NCBI GenBank assembly: GCA_015058205.1 | Contig: SVCS01000002.1 | Location: forward strand, 6,396 to 70,395 | Length of the DNA stretch: 64,000 nt | Direction: 5' to 3' | Source: Clostridiales bacterium | Lineage (GTDB): Bacteria; Bacillota; Clostridia; Peptostreptococcales; Anaerovoracaceae | In this document: positions 9,611-17,514 of the stretch, in pieces | Layout: every line of letters starts with the position of its first letter | Numbering within the stretch: position 1 is the stretch's first letter | The notes under the pieces: model-generated | What the model was told of the DNA's origin: nothing | The model's input: the letters and a program-made list of their open reading frames with translations, nothing else | The model's database searches: none | Program-made: the position numbers and the translations under genes

Positions 9611-9902
9611 GTAAAAATCCGTAGAGATGAATCTCCAGAAGGAGAGTATTTGCGGAATTCCATTCCGGCACACAGCTCATAGTGTAAAAATCCGTAGAGA
9701 TGATTCTCAAGGTAGTTCATATTTACGGAAATCCACACAGACATCCTGCACAAAGCGTGAAAATCCGTAGGGATGATTCTCAAGGTAGTTCATATTTACG
9801 GAAATCCAATTGGACACCCTTCTCATCGCGTACAAACCCGTAAGAATTGAGCTCTTATCAATTCACATCTACGGGTTTTCTTTTTTCTTCTCCTTTTTCT
9901 TC
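9611..9902. repeat. Four tandem 73-bp units, each carrying a CCGTA...TACGG hairpin
   Basis: Unit starts are 9611, 9684, 9757 and 9830 (GT[AG][AC]AAA[TC]CCGTA...). Units 2 and 3 are nearly identical over the first ~52 nt (AAAATCCGTAGrGATGATTCTCAAGGTAGTTCATATTTACGGAAATCCA). Unit 1 is diverged in the loop. Unit 4 has a GC-richer stem followed by a T-run. Confidence 0.85.
9835..9890 (+). terminator. Rho-independent terminator (last unit of the 73-bp array)
   Basis: CCCGTA-A-GAATTGA-GCTCTTA-TCAATTC-ACATC-TACGGG forms an extended hairpin, followed by TTTTCTTTTTTC. Confidence 0.6.
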
Positions 9903-9912
9903 TCACAACTGG

Positions 9913-9941
9913 TTGACAACAAGTAGCGGAAGAAGTAGTAT
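9913..9941 (+). promoter_or_regulatory. Sigma-A-like promoter for the orphan gene 10028-11011
   Basis: TTGACA (9913-9918), a 17-nt spacer, then TAGTAT (9936-9941). A strong RBS AAAGGAGGG lies just before ATG 10028. Confidence 0.5.
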
Positions 9942-10027
9942 GACTTATAACTGTTATTTATTTCCAATAATTACAGAATATCTCAAGTGAAGAAAGCGGG
10001 GAAAAATGGAAACAGAAAGGAGGGAAT

Positions 10028-11011
10028 ATGGCAAAAGCCTTGATAAGGATCACCGCAGCTGCATTTAACAAGTCAATTGAATATGCACTCCATGATCCGC
10101 CTGACTGGGAGGCATCTTCAGCGAAAATACGAAGAGCGATAAGCAGATTGCCGCAAGGAACTCTATATCCATCGGATCATGGCAGAACTGTGGAGTTTTA
10201 TGTGTCAGTAGATGGAAAGCAACGGCATATTTCCAAAGATGCGGCAACAATTCATAACCTTGCAAAGAAAAAGTATCTGTGCATTCTGTTGGATATTCTT
10301 TTGCTGACTAACTCGACGAGAAAGAAAGATATCCAGAGACGTCATAAGCTGATCGAAAGATTGAAGAAACTCATCGAAACATTTGAAAGAGGTAAACTGG
10401 ACTTGAGGCAAATCGTTCTCACAAATCAGCAATATCATTGGTTTACTGGAGAATTCGTTCGAAAACGAATTGATGCAGACAAAGCAATTCGGACTGCTTG
10501 CGGCATTCTTGTAAGATCAAAATCTGAACGAGACATTGTCAACTATAGCGAAGGACTGGCCGTTCCGTTGCATTATGAGGAGCGGATGTTGGTATATGTG
10601 AAACCCTTAGTAGATGAGCTGGAAAGAGAGTTAAAGCAGGAGGGGTTATTTAACAGAGAGCTGTATCGTTATATTAACGGCAATATCAATTGGAATGTAC
10701 CACCCGAATATGCATGGATAAATACCAGAGGATCTATTTGGAAATCATATCATCCGCCAACGGGTAAAATTATGATTTTCAATGACTTCAGAATAATGTT
10801 GGCAGATGGATCTATCCTAATCCATGAACATTCTGGCTTGATGAGTAAGTTCAGATACAGACAGAACGAGACAGAAAGGATCGCAGTTATGAAGATCACG
10901 GGTTCTGTAGACAGAAATCATCTCATTGAAACCTATGAGCAGGAGATCGATACGCCGGAGAAGCTCATTGACATTATAGAGAAATACATTCTGCCGCGCC
11001 TCTGGTTTTAG
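10028..11011 (+). CDS. Orphan hypothetical protein; C-terminal half possibly has a PD-(D/E)xK (TnsA/Vsr-like) nuclease fold
   Basis: Strong RBS and its own promoter. The pattern VRSKSERDIVNY...LHYEE ... FNDFRIMLADGSILIHEHSGL ... Y ... NHLIETYEQEI fits the E / D / ExK-like spacing seen in restriction-endonuclease-fold proteins. It looks AT-richer than its neighbours and has no relation to glycopolymer enzymes. Confidence 0.45.
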   Translation: MAKALIRITAAAFNKSIEYALHDPPDWEASSAKIRRAISRLPQGTLYPSDHGRTVEFYVSVDGKQRHISKDAATIHNLAKKKYLCILLDILLLTNSTRKKDIQRRHKLIERLKKLIETFERGKLDLRQIVLTNQQYHWFTGEFVRKRIDADKAIRTACGILVRSKSERDIVNYSEGLAVPLHYEERMLVYVKPLVDELERELKQEGLFNRELYRYINGNINWNVPPEYAWINTRGSIWKSYHPPTGKIMIFNDFRIMLADGSILIHEHSGLMSKFRYRQNETERIAVMKITGSVDRNHLIETYEQEIDTPEKLIDIIEKYILPRLWF

Positions 11012-11312
11012 TATGGAATGCAAAGGCAACACAAAAGCATACGGGAAAAGACAGTAAAAAGCACACTGTGGGTAACTTGTGCACAGTTGTGGGCAGCTGT
11101 GCTGTCCACGGCTGTGTGAAAGTTATCCATAATGTGCTTTTATTCTCAACCGATTTATTATCTATGGACGCTCCGAGCTTGCCGCGCTGGCTGCCGGTGC
11201 CTACTGGGGACCGAGCGGCCAGCTATAAGGCGAGCAACGCTCGGTAGACGGCCACCGGCCGCGTCTTAACGCGGCCGGCATCGTTTGTCTGCATCATTGT
11301 AAATGGCGAATG

Positions 11313-12935
11313 CTATAATTCGCCTTCGTAATCAACAACTTCCAGCAGGTGCCGCTTGGCGCCCAGATTTCTGGTGGACTGCTGCCCCAGGAACTGGGTG
11401 ATGGAGTTGCCTTCAACGATGATCCATTTGCCTTCCTCGGTGTAGGCCAGATCCCAGCCGATGAAGCGGAATCCCGGAATCTTGTCGCAGATCTTGCGGC
11501 CCAGTGCAAGGGCTTGCTCCCAGTCAGGAAGCTGGAAGCCCTCAAAGGTCACTTCCGTATATGGATGGGTGTCGTAGCGGCGGCCTTTTTCATCGATGCC
11601 GTTGCTTTCGAAGTAGCCCTTCTCAGCGTTGATCGCGGTGAAGATCCCGCCGGCGCCGCCGTTATCCACGAAGGATCCTTTCTGCCCGATCTTCATGAAT
11701 GGCTTATATACGAACATCTTCTCTCCATCGAAGTAGGTGATGAGTCTGGCTGTATTAACAGAGTCGGGATTCAGTGCGCTTAAAGCAGGATGGGATTTGA
11801 TCAGCCCCTCCGCAATGAACCCGTCCGGCTCTTCTGCCAGGAGTTTTTTGAACAGGGCGTCTACATCGTCGGTCACTTCGATCGGCTGGACGCCTCTGCC
11901 CATGGAATCATAGAAGAGCTTTCTGACAAAGGTTGGGTTGTTTTTGCAGAATTCCCGGAACTTCGGAAGATCTTTCTCCGACTCGACCAGGATCATATCT
12001 CTTCCGTAGTATTCCTTCAGGAAGCAGTAGGTTTTGTATTTATCATCCAGGTTGTCAGCCTGGGACATATCGTTGACCGTATCCAGAACGACGGCCCGTT
12101 CCGGTTCTGTGATGAACTCACGCTTCTCAGGAAGGCTCTTGTGATTCAGATCGAACATCACATATTCAACCAGATTGAAACCGAGGAGCACGCGAGTCGC
12201 TTCCATATCCAGAAGCGTCTCTTCCAGCGCGGCTGGATCGCCCGGATAATCCTGATCGCCAGTCAGGTCAGGCCGGCTTGGGGCGATGGCTTCTTTCAGT
12301 TCTGCGCGAATCGTATCCGTCATGAGCTGACCGGTGATATCCACAAACTCATCGTATTCTGCCTGTGTATCCGCGTAAGCTGTTTCATACCATTCGTCCC
12401 GCTTGCCCGGAGCCACCGGACTGTCGGGGCCTTCCAGCTCTTTCGGGTCGATGCCACAGAATGGATCGCTCTTGTCGATGGCGCGGAATTTCTCACGCAG
12501 CAAATCTCCCAGTTCCAGCCTGCGGCTGAGCAGGGCGAGGACCTCATCTGTCTGCGCTTCATCCAGTTTGTACATCTCAAGACGGTTGAACCAGTGGAGA
12601 TTCAACTTGTAGGATGAGCGGCGATTGAGATCTTTGATGCGTTCTGTCAGCTGTTTTTCGGTCATGCCAGATGCTGCCATGATCTGTTTCAGCGCTTCCG
12701 CGCGGCGGCGGTGGTTGCCGGCCGTCTTCTTGGATTCACGCGCTTTCTGCGTATAGGACATGTCGTAGAATTTCCGCTCATAGTATTCCCGGAAGTTGAC
12801 GCCGAACTTGTCTCTTGTCTCCTTCATGTCGCGGGCAGTGGCAATCAGTCCTCTGCCTGAAGCGGCAGCGGACAGCTTCACATAATCAAACCTGCTTTTT
12901 GTTTTTTTATTGCTCATAGGTGGAGTCTCCATCAA
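11313..12935 (-). CDS. ATPgrasp_ST-like amidoligase with a ~230-aa helical N-terminal extension; one of only two CDSs called on the minus strand
   Basis: The C-terminal half has NTARLITYF, KIGQKGSFVDNGGAGGIFTAINAEKG, HPYTEVTFEGFQLPDWEQA and FRFIGWDLAYTEEGKWIIVEGNS. The likely true start is the ATG at 12917 (MSNKKTK...), preceded by GGAG; the track start is 12935. Confidence 0.7.
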   Translation of the reverse strand: MMETPPMSNKKTKSRFDYVKLSAAASGRGLIATARDMKETRDKFGVNFREYYERKFYDMSYTQKARESKKTAGNHRRRAEALKQIMAASGMTEKQLTERIKDLNRRSSYKLNLHWFNRLEMYKLDEAQTDEVLALLSRRLELGDLLREKFRAIDKSDPFCGIDPKELEGPDSPVAPGKRDEWYETAYADTQAEYDEFVDITGQLMTDTIRAELKEAIAPSRPDLTGDQDYPGDPAALEETLLDMEATRVLLGFNLVEYVMFDLNHKSLPEKREFITEPERAVVLDTVNDMSQADNLDDKYKTYCFLKEYYGRDMILVESEKDLPKFREFCKNNPTFVRKLFYDSMGRGVQPIEVTDDVDALFKKLLAEEPDGFIAEGLIKSHPALSALNPDSVNTARLITYFDGEKMFVYKPFMKIGQKGSFVDNGGAGGIFTAINAEKGYFESNGIDEKGRRYDTHPYTEVTFEGFQLPDWEQALALGRKICDKIPGFRFIGWDLAYTEEGKWIIVEGNSITQFLGQQSTRNLGAKRHLLEVVDYEGEL

Positions 12936-12957
12936 TTACAAACTTCGTCTGTTCACT

Positions 12958-12985
12958 TTGAAGTATAGCACAATAATGGTATAAT
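12958..12985 (+). promoter_or_regulatory. Extended -10 promoter upstream of the Mur-ligase-like gene
   Basis: TTGAAG (12958-12963), a 16-nt spacer, then TGGTATAAT (12977-12985). Confidence 0.55.
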
Positions 12986-13018
12986 TACATGATAAAGATA
13001 TGACAATCAGATTGCTGA

Positions 13019-15118
13019 ATGAAGGAGCGGAAAGCACCGCGTAAGAATATGAACAAAGTCAGTAAATACAAGAGAAATCTTTACAGAAGAGCAGGCGCGA
13101 ATCAGGACGATATGAAGGATCTCATCAAGAAGAGAATCTTCAAGAAGGGCTATGTCAAGCGCAAGCTCGTAGGAGAGAAAGCGACGAAGAACACCATCAA
13201 TGAGACAGTGGGCGGTCTCTGTGAGAAATTGGGAACGAAGTACCCGGATGATTTTAAGTGGGCAGCCGCTGATCAGAAGATCACAAGTGTAGAACGTGCC
13301 GTGACTCTGACCGAGAAGGGCGGGGCCTTTCTTATTGGCAGAACGAACCCTGAAGTCCACTTGCGGAATATAAAAGAAGCGGCAGATCGGGGCGTTGCAG
13401 TGATTTTCGCAGATGCAGATACGGTCCGCAGCGCCGACTTCGACATTGCGCCGTATCCGGTGATTCTCGTAGAGAACGGCTTCAGGAAATTCACTGAATT
13501 CTACAGGCCATATAGAGACGCATACAAAGGCAAGGTGGTCGGCATCACCGGATCCCTGGGCAAAACCACGACCAGAGGTTACATTAAGTGCGTGGTGGAG
13601 CAGAAGTATCCGGCTTATGTCAGCACATCCAATCTCAATTCATCCCACAACGTAGCATCGAATATCATCAACAACGCGAGTCCTGCCAACAAAGTGCTCG
13701 TGCAGGAAATCGGCGCCAGCATCAAAGGCAGTGTTGCTACGTCGGCGGAGATCCTGCACCCGGACATCGCTGTCATCACCAATGTCAGGGAGCATCACGT
13801 CAATGAGTACGGGAGCATCGATAATGTCTTTGCGGATAAGATTACGCTTGTGGAATTCCTGACCGACGGCGGAACTGCAGTGGTCAACTTCGATGACGAC
13901 AGACTCGGCACCTATGACTACAAATGCAACGTGGCATCCTTCGGTATCGATACAGACAGGGATGTGAAATACAGAGGCAGCAATATCGTGCAGAATGGGG
14001 AACTTCTGGAGATGGATGTCAGCTACGGCGGCAAAACCGTTCATGTGAGCTCGGAAATCACCGGGGAGCACAATGCCTACAACATCCTCGCTGCCTTTGC
14101 AGTAGGAAAAGTGCTCGGCATCAGCGATGAACTCATCAAGGAAGGCATCGCAGAGTACCGCGCGTCCGGCACGAGACAGAATATTGTGGAATACGGCAGG
14201 AACACGCTGTTTGTGGACTGCTACAACGTATCCAACGACAGCATCAGCGACTGCATGAAGACACTCGAAGAAATGGATGTCCCGGAAGGGGGACGCCGCA
14301 TCGCCATTGTCGGCGGAGAGAACAAACTGGGCGATCTGCGTGTGGAGAAGACAAGAGAACTGGGACAGACCATCGCGAAAGCTAAGGTGGACGAGATCGT
14401 CTGCTATGGCTCGGACAAGACAGATGAGGATGCCCTTGACAGATTCGGTGATCCGCAGACTCTTTACGATACCATCAAAGAATGCGGTAATGAGAATGTC
14501 AAGCTGGTCAAAGGATTCGATAACATCGTCGATTACATGGAGAAGGAAATCCAGCCGAACGATGCGGTATTATTCAAATGCATCGTCTATCTGAATATGC
14601 CGGTATCCATCGATAAAGCCTTTGGAACAGGGTTCTGCCTGGGACAGAAGGAGACCCGCAAAGGCCGCAAGACGAAGACCATCGGCGGATACAAAGGCTT
14701 CATCATGCGTGAGATGGAAGAAGCATATATCAAGGATGTAACAGAAAAGAAGCTGTCCCAGAAGACTATCGTCATTCCGGATGAATTCGATGGCAGGCCG
14801 GTCTTCGCCATCGGCAAGGGCCTGTTCGCCTTTTCCGACGTGGAGACACTGGATCTGGGCAACTCACTGCAGCATATTGCTGTGGGAGCTTTCCGCAACT
14901 GCCGCAAGCTGAAGGAGGTGCGGATTCCGGATTCTGTGAAGTACATCCGCGAGGGAGCATTCCGGGGATGCACCAATCTGGAGAAAGTCACACTGGGTTC
15001 AGGACTCATCCAAATCGACAAGAACGCCTTCGGCGGATGCAAAAAGCTGAAGAATGTCGTCGTTCCGCCTGATTTGGACGCAGTGATCGATCCGGACGCT
15101 TTTGATATCGAGATTTAA
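13019..15118 (+). CDS. Mur ligase family protein (MurF-like) fused to C-terminal BspA-type leucine-rich repeats
   Basis: Mur-ligase P-loop VVGITGSLGKTTT (nt ~13541-13573). A middle/C-domain-like region follows (ITNVREHH..., GENKLGD). The last ~110 aa are LRR_5-like (IGKGLFAFSDVETLDLGNSLQHIAVGAFRNCRKLKEVRIPDSVKYIREGAFRGCTNLEKVTLGSGLIQIDKNAFGGCKKLKNVVVP). The start codon is uncertain because there is no clear RBS at 13019. Confidence 0.75.
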   Translation: MKERKAPRKNMNKVSKYKRNLYRRAGANQDDMKDLIKKRIFKKGYVKRKLVGEKATKNTINETVGGLCEKLGTKYPDDFKWAAADQKITSVERAVTLTEKGGAFLIGRTNPEVHLRNIKEAADRGVAVIFADADTVRSADFDIAPYPVILVENGFRKFTEFYRPYRDAYKGKVVGITGSLGKTTTRGYIKCVVEQKYPAYVSTSNLNSSHNVASNIINNASPANKVLVQEIGASIKGSVATSAEILHPDIAVITNVREHHVNEYGSIDNVFADKITLVEFLTDGGTAVVNFDDDRLGTYDYKCNVASFGIDTDRDVKYRGSNIVQNGELLEMDVSYGGKTVHVSSEITGEHNAYNILAAFAVGKVLGISDELIKEGIAEYRASGTRQNIVEYGRNTLFVDCYNVSNDSISDCMKTLEEMDVPEGGRRIAIVGGENKLGDLRVEKTRELGQTIAKAKVDEIVCYGSDKTDEDALDRFGDPQTLYDTIKECGNENVKLVKGFDNIVDYMEKEIQPNDAVLFKCIVYLNMPVSIDKAFGTGFCLGQKETRKGRKTKTIGGYKGFIMREMEEAYIKDVTEKKLSQKTIVIPDEFDGRPVFAIGKGLFAFSDVETLDLGNSLQHIAVGAFRNCRKLKEVRIPDSVKYIREGAFRGCTNLEKVTLGSGLIQIDKNAFGGCKKLKNVVVPPDLDAVIDPDAFDIEI

Positions 15119-15178
15119 GATAATCGAGATATATATCGAGATACGGGATATTAGAAATAAAACAAAAGGTATTTGCAT

Positions 15179-16930
15179 ATGACAGATTTACAGGAAAGAA
15201 TGCTGCTGCTCCTCAAGGAGATCGATGAGATCTGCAGGAAGCACGATATCACCTATTTCCTCTTCGCGGGAACAGCACTGGGCGCAGCGAGGCACAAGGG
15301 ATTCATTCCATGGGATGATGACACAGATATCATCATGGATCTGGAGAATTATGAGAAGTTCCTCAGCGTCATCCACGAAGAACTGAAAGAGGGGAGAGCC
15401 CTTGACTGGGTAAGCGAGGACAGCGAGTATCTCTTTACTTACGCCAGATACATTGATACCACCACCACGGCTCTGCAGCGCCACACGGTGTTCGGAGGCT
15501 GCACGCCGGGCGTGAAAGTGGACATCTTCTGCGCCATTCCGACGTTTTCAGACGAAGCCCTGCGCGAGAAGCACAAGATGGATGTGCTCGGATTCGCGGA
15601 GGTGTTGTGTACGACCGGCAGGATGGGTATGTACAGACCGGAAGGCTTCTACGAAGTGTTTGAAAGAGAAAAGAAAAAACAACAAAAGGCAGGAAGAGAG
15701 AAGTACATTCGGGACAACCTGCATGAACTGATGCACAGAGCGGACGGCGAGACTGAGAAATGCCTGCTCTTCTCTGGTATGATGTCCAATACAAAGACCT
15801 ATGACAGGTGCATTTTTGACGAGGCCGTCTACGTTCCTTACGAAGATACGAAACTTCCGGTCTCCAAATACAACGATCTGTTCAGCACACAGCACATCGC
15901 TGAGAGTTGGCCGGATCTGCCGCCGCACCTTGAGAAACCGAGACATCTTATGTTCGTGGATCTGGATCGGCCATATGATGTCTATAAGAAACAGCTCTTC
16001 GAAAAGATTGATGTCAAGAAGGTAAGAGAGGCGTCCATCAAGAGAAAAGAAAACAATCTTTACGAAAGAGAAACCTTCAGAGATGTTCTGATCAACAATC
16101 AGAAGATCAGAAATCTGGCGACAGAGTTGGATATCCGGAAGCGCTTTGCAGCGCGTGATCCGGAGCTGACAGCGCTGCAGATGGCAGAGCTTCTCGACGG
16201 ATACATCGAAGGACAGATGGACCGGGTCAACAAAACCTACGGCCTCGGTGTGGATGCAGGGGAAGAAATATTCCAGGCGACGCTCAATATGCTTCTCCAA
16301 CTCGGACGGTATTATGATGCAAAATCAATCATACGCACCTGTACCTCCGCGGGAATCATCGCTGTCGATGATGCCTTTGCAAAAGGTGCCGCTGAAAAAG
16401 CCGACCTGTGCGCAGGGCTGATGGAAGCGGCATTCCGGTATGGGGACAGAGAAAAGGCAAAGGCATTGCTGGATGAGGCAGGAGACCTGACCGGGTCGCG
16501 GCCTTATGAAGCGGTGGAGAACTGGCTCGCACAAGAAGAAGGCGTACCGGGATATCAGGCATATCTGAAAGCCTTCGGAGAACCGAAGAACGGATTTGTG
16601 CTGCAGGAGATGATTGAAGATGGTATGCCGATCGACAGCATCTTCGAAGTGGAAGAGGAGAAGAAACCGTCGCCGGATAAGAAGATGCTCAGGGCAACGG
16701 TCAACTCCCTGATGACAGGAAAACCTGCGAAGAAACCAAGCATCTGGAGCGATGTGGTGACACAGGCAGAATTCGAGGCAGAAGCGGCGCGGCGCGGACT
16801 GCTGTCAAAACAGAACAAGAAGCGATACAATAAATATAGAATCTGGAAGAAGATGAAGCGGCAGAAGGCAGAGGACACCTTTGATGCATACGCGAAAGTG
16901 TTCACCGAAATGGAAAAGATTGGAAAGTGA
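15179..16930 (+). CDS. LicD family phosphotransferase with a ~300-aa helical C-terminal extension
   Basis: LicD signature ITYFLFAGTALGAARHKGFIPWDDDTDIIM. ATG 15179 lies 9 nt after AAAGG; the track start at 15173 is a TTG. Confidence 0.8.
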   Translation: MTDLQERMLLLLKEIDEICRKHDITYFLFAGTALGAARHKGFIPWDDDTDIIMDLENYEKFLSVIHEELKEGRALDWVSEDSEYLFTYARYIDTTTTALQRHTVFGGCTPGVKVDIFCAIPTFSDEALREKHKMDVLGFAEVLCTTGRMGMYRPEGFYEVFEREKKKQQKAGREKYIRDNLHELMHRADGETEKCLLFSGMMSNTKTYDRCIFDEAVYVPYEDTKLPVSKYNDLFSTQHIAESWPDLPPHLEKPRHLMFVDLDRPYDVYKKQLFEKIDVKKVREASIKRKENNLYERETFRDVLINNQKIRNLATELDIRKRFAARDPELTALQMAELLDGYIEGQMDRVNKTYGLGVDAGEEIFQATLNMLLQLGRYYDAKSIIRTCTSAGIIAVDDAFAKGAAEKADLCAGLMEAAFRYGDREKAKALLDEAGDLTGSRPYEAVENWLAQEEGVPGYQAYLKAFGEPKNGFVLQEMIEDGMPIDSIFEVEEEKKPSPDKKMLRATVNSLMTGKPAKKPSIWSDVVTQAEFEAEAARRGLLSKQNKKRYNKYRIWKKMKRQKAEDTFDAYAKVFTEMEKIGK

Positions 16931-16938
16931 GGACCGAG

Positions 16939-17385
16939 ATGAGAAGAGTACTGACATATGGAACCTATGACTTACTGCATTATGGCCATATCAGATTGCT
17001 GAAACGTGCGAAAGCATTGGGAGATTATCTGATCGTTGCAATTTCAACGGACGAATTCAATGCCGGCAAAGGAAAGAAAGCATATCACAACTACGAAACG
17101 AGAAAGGAAATGCTGGAAGCGATTAGATATGTGGATTTGGTTATTCCAGAAGAAACATGGGAACAGAAAATCGATGATGTAAAGAATTACCATGTGGATG
17201 TTGTCGTCATGGGAAGTGACTGGGAAGGTAGCGAGAGGTTTGAAATCCTGAGGGACTACTGCGAAGTTGTCTATCTTGACAGAACAGAAGGTGTTTCAAC
17301 GACAAAAATTAAGGAAGAACTTGGGCTTCAGGAGCCGGAGAACGGCGTCAGCCAGATTCCAACGCCGGAGTTAAAAGACAGATAA
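16939..17385 (+). CDS. tagD: Glycerol-3-phosphate cytidylyltransferase
   Basis: VLTYGTYDLLHYGHIRLLKRAKALGDYLIVAISTDEFN...AYHNYE.R...IRYVDLVIPE..WEQK...VMGSDWEG.F..L...CEVVYL.RTEGVSTTKIK is collinear with Bacillus TagD. ATG 16939 follows GAGGA. Confidence 0.9.
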   Translation: MRRVLTYGTYDLLHYGHIRLLKRAKALGDYLIVAISTDEFNAGKGKKAYHNYETRKEMLEAIRYVDLVIPEETWEQKIDDVKNYHVDVVVMGSDWEGSERFEILRDYCEVVYLDRTEGVSTTKIKEELGLQEPENGVSQIPTPELKDR

Positions 17386-17514
17386 GTCTGTCAATTTAAA
17401 GATAAAAACAGTATTGCAAAAGCAAAAAATGAGTGCAAGACAGGTTTGCCTGTGATAAAATATTACGAGGATATTAAGAGATTAGTATAGAGATTAATAT
17501 GTTTTGAGGAAAGG

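Noticed and set aside
9611-9902. Possible CRISPR array, given regularly spaced repeats with variable segments.
   Set aside because: The repeat occupies ~52 of 73 bp and the spacers are only ~20 bp. The spacers are themselves related to each other, the repeats are imperfect, there are only four units and no cas genes. This is a tandem duplication of a hairpin unit, not CRISPR.
11078-11131. DnaA-box pair as a replication origin or DnaA-regulated site.
   Set aside because: There are only two boxes, each with a mismatch. There is no AT-rich unwinding element arrangement and no dnaA/dnaN context. It is kept only as a low-interest structural observation.
11311-11319. Extended -10-like TGCTATAAT on the plus strand at the 3' end of the minus-strand ATP-grasp gene. 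It could be an antisense promoter driving the plus-strand ORFs 11349-11783 and 11790-12617.
   Set aside because: There is no -35 box and the sequence is part of the stop-codon hairpin. The downstream plus-strand ORFs look like shadow ORFs. This cannot be excluded without transcription start site data, but it is not supported.
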